Below, piece after piece: positions 1 to 4,404 of a DNA stretch of 4,404 nt (position 1 is its first letter; every line of letters begins with the position of its first letter). The DNA comes from a virus (taxonomy: Duplodnaviria > Heunggongvirae > Uroviricota > Caudoviricetes), in the IMG/VR virus record IMGVR_UViG_2711768001_000010; one strand, 5' to 3'. A model generated the notes under the pieces. The model did no database searches and was not told where the DNA came from. It saw only the letters and a list, made by a program, of their open reading frames with translations. The position numbers were made by a program, and so were the translations under genes.

Positions 1-160
1 GCTTTGAACTCTTTAGAGTAACGTTGGGTTTTTCTGCTCATTATTAGCTCCTTCTGATGCCATTCTATTTCAGGAAGGAGTGTCCGTTAAACTCAGGCTA
101 CCTCAGGTTATTCGCTTCTGGGCATGGGCGGATCAACAAATGATAGACGGTAATGCAGAT

Positions 161-181
161 TGTAACGCTCGCGGCGTTACA
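161..181. repeat. 21-bp palindrome TGTAACGC-tcgcg-GCGTTACA inside the initiator coding region
   Basis: Perfect 8-bp inverted arms with a 5-nt centre, read directly. Shares the GTAACGC arm with the site at 370-390. Confidence 0.6.
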
Positions 182-369
182 AAAAGTGCAATAGATCGCA
201 TCACTTTTATGTCTGGTTTTGCTGATGCGTTAATTCAGGTTGGATGGCTGGTCGAAAATGACGGAGGGCTTTCTCTACCTAACTTTGAACGTCATAACGG
301 AAAAAGCTCTAAAAAAAACGGGCGGTTACAAACGAGCGAGTAACAAAAATACGCGAACTGAAACGAAAA

Positions 370-390
370 GGTAACGCTGCCAGCGTTACA
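370..390. repeat. 19-bp palindrome GTAACGCTG-c-CAGCGTTAC (371-389) in the initiator linker region
   Basis: Perfect 9-bp inverted arms around a single central base. Additional GTAACG / GCGTTAC half-sites occur at 18-23, 324-330, 339-345 and 406-412. A 9-bp direct repeat AAACGAGCG occurs at 330-338 and 462-470. Confidence 0.6.
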
Positions 391-414
391 CAAACGGATC
401 AAAAAGCGTTACCA

Positions 415-432
415 GAGGAAGAGGAAGAGGAA
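415..432 (+). repeat. (GAGGAA)x3 hexanucleotide tandem repeat encoding an acidic EEEEEE stretch
   Basis: gaggaagaggaagaggaa read directly; in frame 1 it encodes EEEEEE (followed by D) in the initiator linker. Confidence 0.7.
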
Positions 433-788
433 GATCTAAATACTGATCTCCCCCTCGCCAAAAACGAGCGTCTAAAAAATTCGAGCCGGAGGCTATTGAG
501 CTGCCCGATTGGTTGCCGGAAACACTCTGGCATGAGTGGGTCCGGTTCAGACAGGCATTGCGAAAACCGATTCGAACGGAGCAGGGCGCTAACGGGGCGA
601 TACGGGAACTGGAAAAATTCCGTCAGCAGGGTTTTACACCTGAGCAGGTGATTCGACACAGCATCGCCAATGAATACCAGGGCCTGTTCGCGCCGAAAGG
701 TGTTCGGCCTGAGACGTTGCTCCGACAGGTTAACACCGTCTCGTTGCCGGACAGTGCGATCCCGCCAGGCTTCAGGGGGTAACGGACC

Positions 789-1529
789 ATGAAAAATATT
801 GCGACAGGCGGCGTTCTGGAACGCATCCGCCGACTGACCCCGCCACATGTAACCGCCCCATTCAGAACGGTAGCGGAGTGGCGCGAGTGGCAACTTGCTG
901 AAGGCCAGAAACGTAGCGAGGAGATCAACCGCCTGAATCGCCAGTTGCGGGTGGAAAAAATTCTGAATCGCTCAGGCATCCAGCCGTTGCACCGTAAATG
1001 CTCGTTTGCGAATTACCAGGTGCAGAACGACGGCCAGCGATACGCGTTAAGCCAGGCGAAATCCATCGCCGATGAACTGATGACCGGGTGTACAAATTTT
1101 GCGTTCAGCGGAAAACCTGGTACCGGGAAGAATCACTTAGCGGCAGCTATCGGGAATCGCCTGCTGAAAGACGGTCAGACAGTGATTGTGGTTACCGTGG
1201 CTGATGTTATGAGCGCCCTGCNNNNNNNNNNNNNNNNNNNNNNNNNNNNNNNNNNNNNNNNNNNNNNNNNNNNNNNNNNNNNNNNNNNNNNNNNNNNNNN
1301 NNNNNNNNNNNNNNNNNNNNNNNNNNNNNNNNNNNNNNNNNNNNNNNNNNNNNNNNNNNNNNNNNNNNNNNNNNNNNNNNNNNNNNNNNNNNNNNNNNNN
1401 NNNNNNNNNNNNNNNNNNNNNNNNNNNNNNNNNNNNNNNNNNNNNNNNNNNNNNNNNNNNNNNNNNNNNNNNNNNNNNNNNNNNNNNNNNNNNNNNNNNN
1501 NNNNNNNNNNNNNNNNNNNNNNNNNNNAG
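789..1529 (+). CDS. DnaC-family AAA+ helicase loader (prophage paralog); C-terminal half hidden in N-run 1222-1527, 3' end inferred
   Basis: The N-terminal 144 aa are readable and contain Walker A FSGKPGTGKNHLAAAIGNRLL, KCSFANYQV and IVVTVADVMSAL, closely matching recalled E. coli DnaC (FSGKPGTGKNHLAAAI, IITVADIMSA). ATG at 789 is 6 nt after the upstream TAA stop, with a G-rich SD-like AGGGGG at 772-777. The ORF track reads through the Ns to 1583, which is an artifact. At the in-frame position 1527-1529 the sequence is N-a-g, consistent with a TAG stop giving about 246 codons, and the next gene has its own AGGAGG RBS at 1534-1539. Confidence 0.85.
1222..1527. other. N-run (306 nt) of masked or unsequenced bases inside the DnaC-like gene
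   Basis: Read directly. The length is a multiple of 3, consistent with an uninterrupted frame, but the content is unknowable. Confidence 1.
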
Positions 1530-1543
1530 TTTCAGGAGGATTT

Positions 1544-1966
1544 ATGGCGAAACCTTTTACTCCCGAACAGCGGGAAGAACTGAAGACGCGAATTGTGGAA
1601 CTCGTGCATCAGGACGGTCGGGTCACGATTCGGCAGTTGTCAGATGAAACAGGTATCAGTCGTGCGTCTGTCGGTCGCTTATGCATAGAACTGGTCGCAA
1701 GTGGTGATGTATATAATTCTGGCTACGGCTTATTCCCGTCTGAACAGGCTCGCAAGGACTGGCAAAGCGCCCGCAAAAAACTCTCGAGAGTAAAGGTGAG
1801 GAAACCGGTTGTTGTTGATCCGGACCTTATCTGGTCATTACCTGACGGAGAAATACGCCGCTACGACAGGCGCCTGAATATAATCTGTCGCGAGTGCCGG
1901 AAGAGCGAAGCTATGCAGCGTGTACTGGCTTTCTATCAGGGTAATTTTCAGGAGGCGATACTGTGA
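1544..1966 (+). CDS. Small hypothetical protein with helix-turn-helix-like segment (putative DNA-binding regulator)
   Basis: 140-codon ORF with ATG at 1544, 4 nt after AGGAGG (1534-1539). The segment RQLSDETGISRASVGRLCIEL has a typical HTH pattern. The stop TGA (1964-1966) abuts the next ATG (tgaATG). The family is not recognised from memory. Confidence 0.6.
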   Translation: MAKPFTPEQREELKTRIVELVHQDGRVTIRQLSDETGISRASVGRLCIELVASGDVYNSGYGLFPSEQARKDWQSARKKLSRVKVRKPVVVDPDLIWSLPDGEIRRYDRRLNIICRECRKSEAMQRVLAFYQGNFQEAIL

Positions 1967-2024
1967 ATGAAATTAGCTATCAGGCTTCAATTACCGCTGG
2001 CATTCGCATCAAAGGAGAGGAGCA

Positions 2025-2380
2025 TGGAAATAAAACCAGAAGATGAGTTAAGCAATATCGTTTTATTTCCGGTAAAAGAGGATGACCCTCGTAATCAGGT
2101 TAATTTTCTTTATGAGCCATCGGAAAGACCATATTGCCATCACGCCTCTGTACGGGTTGACGAAAAAGAGCGTCAGGTCCGCTGTAAAATCTGCGGTGCG
2201 GTTGTGGAGCCGTTTGACTGGATGCTCTCTGTGGCAAAAAGAGAAACCAGACTGGCAGATGATGTAAGGCTATTGCGCCAGGAGGAACAGGAAAGGCGGA
2301 GAAATATAGAAAAGCTGATACAGATTGAGCGTAACGCGAAAGCGCGGATACGCAGGGCGACAAAATCCAGAACTGAATAA
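2025..2380 (+). CDS. Small hypothetical Cys/His-containing protein (possible zinc-binding) with charged coiled-coil-like tail; alternative start at 1967
   Basis: The ORF is open from ATG 1967, but the strong RBS AAGGAG (2011-2016) 8 nt before ATG 2025 favours 2025 as the start (MEIKPEDEL...). Contains C-H-H-x15-C-x2-C (YCHHASVRVDEKERQVRCKICG) and an R/E/K-rich C-terminus (RLLRQEEQERRRNIEKLIQIERNAKARIRR). Confidence 0.55.
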
Positions 2381-2407
2381 TTAAATTTAGCACTGTTAAA
2401 AATTTAA
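2381..2407. promoter_or_regulatory. AT-rich palindrome TTAAATTT-N11-AAATTTAA immediately after the stop of the Cys/His gene; candidate operator
   Basis: Perfect 8-bp inverted arms read directly. AT-rich palindromes arise by chance fairly often, so a regulatory role is speculative. Confidence 0.25.
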
Positions 2408-2485
2408 TCCTTAACCGGAGGGATTTCTGCACCCTCAAATCATCAGGAGACCACCCGAAAGGGCGGGGAGCAGTCACACATCTGT

Positions 2486-2514
2486 TTCCGATAGCCCCGT
2501 TCTAATGCTACACT
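2486..2514 (+). promoter_or_regulatory. Weak sigma70-like promoter candidate upstream of the QueH-like gene
   Basis: TTCCGA (2486-2491), 17-nt spacer, TACACT (2509-2514). Poor match to consensus, so this is a weak call. Confidence 0.2.
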
Positions 2515-2527
2515 CTTTGATATTTTT

Positions 2528-3214
2528 ATGACCCCAATAAACATATTTATGACAGTTGCTGATTTCAAACGGCCCAAATTGGAGCTCCCAAACGGGGCAA
2601 ACAAACTACTACTGCACTCTTGCTGTGCTCCATGTTCCGGTGAGGTGATGGAGGCGCTTCAGGCCTCGGGAATCGACTACACCATCTTTTTCTACAACCC
2701 GAACATTCATCCTCAGAAAGAGTATTTAATTCGTAAGGATGAGAATATTCGCTTTGCTGAACAACACGGCGTGCCGTTTATTGATGCTGATTACGACACA
2801 GACAACTGGTTTGAACGAGCCAAAGGAATGGAATGGGAGCCCGAACGAGGGATCCGTTGCACCATGTGTTTTGACATGCGTTTTGAGCGGACAGCGCTGT
2901 ACGCCGCTGAAAATGGTTTCAGTGTGATCAGCAGTTCACTGGGCATTTCACGCTGGAAAAATATGCAGCAGGTTAACGACTGTGGGCGGCGAGCCGTCGC
3001 GCATTATCCGGGCATGGTGTACTGGGATTATAACTGGCGCAAGCAGGGCGGCTCGTCCCGTATGATTGAAATCAGCAAGCGCGAAAAATTCTATCAGCAG
3101 GAATATTGTGGCTGTGTGTATTCTCTGCGCGATACCAATCTACACCGCAAATCTCAGGGACGCCCTCTTATCAAAATTGGTCAACTCCACTACGGTAAAG
3201 AAGAGAAGGAGTGA
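2528..3214 (+). CDS. queH: QueH-like epoxyqueuosine reductase (DUF208 family), phage-carried tRNA queuosine-modification gene
   Basis: 228-codon ORF with N-terminal [11 protein letters not shown] and further Cys motifs ([17 protein letters not shown]) that match my recollection of the DUF208/QueH signature. No SD before ATG 2528; ATG 2549 is an alternative start. The assignment is from motif memory only. Confidence 0.65.
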   Translation: MTPINIFMTVADFKRPKLELPNGANKLLLHSCCAPCSGEVMEALQASGIDYTIFFYNPNIHPQKEYLIRKDENIRFAEQHGVPFIDADYDTDNWFERAKGMEWEPERGIRCTMCFDMRFERTALYAAENGFSVISSSLGISRWKNMQQVNDCGRRAVAHYPGMVYWDYNWRKQGGSSRMIEISKREKFYQQEYCGCVYSLRDTNLHRKSQGRPLIKIGQLHYGKEEKE

Positions 3215-3235
3215 TTTTATGGGGCACCTTTCTGA

Positions 3236-3265
3236 TTGATTTCATATTGGCGAGGTAAGTAGAAT
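3236..3265 (+). promoter_or_regulatory. Sigma70-like promoter candidate (copy a): TTGATT-18-TAGAAT
   Basis: -35 TTGATT at 3236-3241 and -10 TAGAAT at 3260-3265. The same two hexamers, followed by a similar GACT, recur at 3542-3569. Confidence 0.35.
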
Positions 3266-3365
3266 GACTGCGGGTGCTTGAGGCTATCTGCTTCAGGCAT
3301 GAACACCAAAAGGCAGATAGAGAAAAGCCCCAGTTAACATTACGCGTCCGGCAAGACGCTTAACA

Positions 3366-3454
3366 NNNNNNNNNNNNNNNNNNNNNNNNNNNNNNNNNNN
3401 NNNNNNNNNNNNNNNNNNNNNNNNNNNNNNNNNNNNNNNNNNNNNNNNNNNNNN
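3366..3454. other. N-run (89 nt) inside the promoter/terminator-bounded noncoding unit
   Basis: Read directly. Confidence 1.
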
Positions 3455-3476
3455 CATCCTCAACGCACCCGCACTT

Positions 3477-3521
3477 AACCCGCCCATCGCTGTGATCTCT
3501 CAGCGTTTCGGCGGGTTTTTT
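3477..3521 (+). terminator. Rho-independent terminator-like two-tier hairpin followed by T6
   Basis: Outer stem AACCCGCC (3477-3484) pairs with GGCGGGTT (3510-3517). Inner stem CGCTG (3488-3492) pairs with CAGCG (3501-3505) around an 8-nt loop. TTTTTT at 3516-3521. The A-run would precede the stem on the other strand, so it is oriented for + strand transcripts only. Confidence 0.45.
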
Positions 3522-3541
3522 GTTGTTTATTTCCGGTGAAT

Positions 3542-3569
3542 TTGATTCGCGCACCTTCGCAGATAGAAT
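3542..3569 (+). promoter_or_regulatory. Sigma70-like promoter candidate (copy b): TTGATT-16-TAGAAT, upstream of the 3651-4330 cassette
   Basis: -35 TTGATT at 3542-3547 and -10 TAGAAT at 3564-3569, about 20 nt downstream of the terminator-like T-run and about 80 nt upstream of ATG 3651. Confidence 0.4.
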
Positions 3570-3650
3570 CGACTCACTTAAGTAGCGCGCAGGGAGAAGA
3601 GGGATGGACCCCGAACAGGGGAGAGCTATTTATCTGGAAGGATTCTGAAG

Positions 3651-3938
3651 ATGAAAATCGAAGAATTGCGTGAAATTTTTAGTGAAAATGGCCTCTATGC
3701 TGTGCGCGTTGAGAATGGAGCGATTGTCAGCCATTGCCGCATTAGATGTTTGCAATCTCAACAAAGGAAGAGCGGTGCTGTGTTATTTTATTTTTGTAAT
3801 GGACTTCTGACGGACGGTTTTATTTTGCGTGAGGACGAATTTGTCACATCATTACGGGTTTTGAAAGAGATTGGTTTTAAGGCTGGTTTTCTGCTTTTGC
3901 TGAAGAATAAACTCATCTACAATCTTGAGCAGGATTGA
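3651..3938 (+). CDS. Hypothetical protein, first gene of an apparently AT-rich cassette
   Basis: 95-codon ORF with ATG at 3651, 8 nt after GGAAGGA (3636-3642). Appears noticeably more AT-rich than the upstream genes by eye (not counted). Preceded by a promoter-like element (3542-3569) that follows a terminator-like hairpin. No recognisable motif. Confidence 0.5.
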   Translation: MKIEELREIFSENGLYAVRVENGAIVSHCRIRCLQSQQRKSGAVLFYFCNGLLTDGFILREDEFVTSLRVLKEIGFKAGFLLLLKNKLIYNLEQD

Positions 3939-3976
3939 ACTCCTGCTGTGTAACACCGTGCCACCGGAGAAAGCCG

Positions 3977-4330
3977 ATGGCACATATACAACTGGTCAAA
4001 CAAACCTCTTCCGGATTACTTCTCCCGGCGACGCCGGAGAGTTGCGATTTTCTGCATCAAATCAAAATAGGTGAGTGGATACACGCAGACTTTAAGCGTG
4101 TGTGTAACTACGCATTCCACAAGCGTTTTTTCAAACTCCTGCAACTGGGTTTCGATTACTGGACTCCGGTCGGTGGGGCGATCACGCCTCGCGAACGAAA
4201 ACTGGTGTCCGGTTTCGTTGATTACCTGTGTGAATCAGTAGGCCGGGAACATACGCCAGCTCTGAGCGAAGCCGCAGAGCAATTGAGGTGTACTGGCAAT
4301 AGCGGACACTACCATTTGTTCTTTTTTTAA
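3977..4330 (+). CDS. Hypothetical protein; may be truncated at a T7 tract (4322-4328)
   Basis: ATG at 3977 is preceded by GGAGAAAG (3964-3971). The ORF track start at TTG 3935 is less likely. The ORF ends HLFFF-TAA right after the T7 run, while frame 1 is open from 4303 to the window end. Family not recognised with confidence. Confidence 0.5.
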   Translation: MAHIQLVKQTSSGLLLPATPESCDFLHQIKIGEWIHADFKRVCNYAFHKRFFKLLQLGFDYWTPVGGAITPRERKLVSGFVDYLCESVGREHTPALSEAAEQLRCTGNSGHYHLFFF

Positions 4331-4404
4331 GCAGCCATCTGATGATATTTTTCCCTGAAGGCTGCCGGGGAGATATTCCCCAGACGAGAGTGACGACGCT
4401 GACG

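Larger units (their letters stand above)
80..782 (+). pseudogene. Prophage replication initiation protein with DnaT-like C-terminal domain, apparently split over three reading frames (80-343 in frame 2; about 313-479 in frame 1; about 447-782 in frame 3)
   Basis: The C-terminal segment translates to ...ELPDWLPETLWHEW...VNTVSLPDSAIPPGFRG. As I recall it, E. coli DnaT has a PDWQPD motif and ends ...VNTVSEPDSQIPPGFRG. The similarity starts upstream of the TTG at 513 that the ORF track uses as a start, so 513 is not the true start. Frame 1 is open from 313 to 648 and bridges the other two segments with a coherent linker (...VTKIRELKRKGNAASVTQTDQKALPEEEEEEDLNTDLPLAKNERLK...). Both frame changes fall at A-runs (A8 at 311-318; A6 at 474-479, or the nearby C5/A5). 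The gene is immediately followed by a DnaC-like gene, as in the chromosomal dnaT-dnaC pair. A GTG start at 80 with AGGAAGGA just upstream is assumed. Whether the breaks are genuine is unresolved. Confidence 0.55.

Noticed and set aside
24-47. Promoter for the initiator gene in the first 80 nt
   Set aside because: TTGGGT at 24-29 has no acceptable -10 at 16-18 nt spacing; the region is too short and ambiguous to call.
311-479. Programmed ribosomal frameshifting as the explanation for the split initiator
   Set aside because: Two separate shifts would be required, neither run matches a classic slippery heptamer with a downstream stimulatory structure that I can see, and a third homopolymer-associated break occurs in an unrelated gene. 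Indels are the more economical explanation.
513-782. Treating the TTG-initiated 89-aa ORF as a complete independent gene
   Set aside because: The DnaT-like similarity (PDW motif at 504-512) extends upstream of the TTG, and frame 3 has no plausible start between its upstream stop (444-446) and 513. It is the tail of the frame-broken initiator gene.
399-893. 164-aa minus-strand ORF
   Set aside because: Antisense to the DnaT-like and DnaC-like coding sequence, which has recognisable homology on the + strand. The translation is Arg/Ser-rich and low-complexity (a poly-Ser run from the antisense of the GAGGAA repeat) with no motif or RBS.
623-979. 118-aa minus-strand ORF
   Set aside because: Antisense to the DnaT-like C-terminus and DnaC-like N-terminus; spurious for the same reasons.
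789-1583. DnaC-like ORF reading through the N-run to 1583
   Set aside because: Read-through is an artifact of translating Ns as X. The post-gap sequence carries the RBS and start of the next gene, and a stop at 1527-1529 (N-a-g) is compatible with the expected length.
2082-2267. 61-aa + strand ORF in an alternative frame
   Set aside because: Nested inside the better-supported 2025-2380 gene, with no RBS.
2100-2477. 125-aa minus-strand ORF
   Set aside because: Antisense to the 2025-2380 gene and running into the structured intergenic region; no RBS or motif.
2739-2927. 62-aa + strand ORF in an alternative frame
   Set aside because: Nested inside the QueH-like gene, which has strong frame-specific motifs.
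3299-3337. 12-codon ORF MNTKRQIEKSPS inside the noncoding unit
   Set aside because: Too short, no SD, and it overlaps the loop of the 8-bp hairpin; more likely part of a structured RNA than a peptide gene.
3293-3554. Two minus-strand ORFs (3293-3487 and 3360-3554) spanning the 89-nt N-run
   Set aside because: Their apparent length depends on reading Ns as codons. They run antisense through the + strand terminator and promoter-like elements. They cannot be fully excluded until the masked bases are known.
1-4404. CRISPR array, rRNA, transposase or integrase
   Set aside because: No regularly spaced direct repeats with unique spacers, no rRNA-like sequence and no ORF with recombinase or transposase motifs were seen. 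A tRNA cannot be excluded inside the 89-nt N-run.

Overview
All supported genes are on the + strand and look like the replication-to-nin region of a lambdoid-type enterobacterial prophage. Everything here is read by eye from the sequence and from recalled protein motifs; no database search was run. In order: (1) a replication initiator with a DnaT-like C-terminal domain (80-782) whose reading frame is broken twice at A-runs; (2) a DnaC-family helicase loader (789 to about 1529) whose C-terminal half lies in an N-run; (3) two small tightly packed genes, one HTH-like and one Cys/His-containing; (4) a QueH-like (DUF208) epoxyqueuosine reductase gene; (5) a noncoding unit of about 250 nt bounded by a promoter-like element and a hairpin plus T6 terminator, with an 89-nt N-run in its core; (6) a second copy of the same promoter-like element driving an apparently AT-rich two-gene cassette, whose second gene stops at a T7 tract while another frame stays open to the window end. 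Two N-runs (1222-1527, 3366-3454) hide sequence. I see no CRISPR array, rRNA, transposase or integrase. The candidates for something undescribed are the promoter/terminator-bounded noncoding unit and the moron-like cassette behind it; neither can be assigned a function from sequence alone. Three apparent -1 frame breaks at homopolymers suggest either sequencing undercalls or a decaying prophage.
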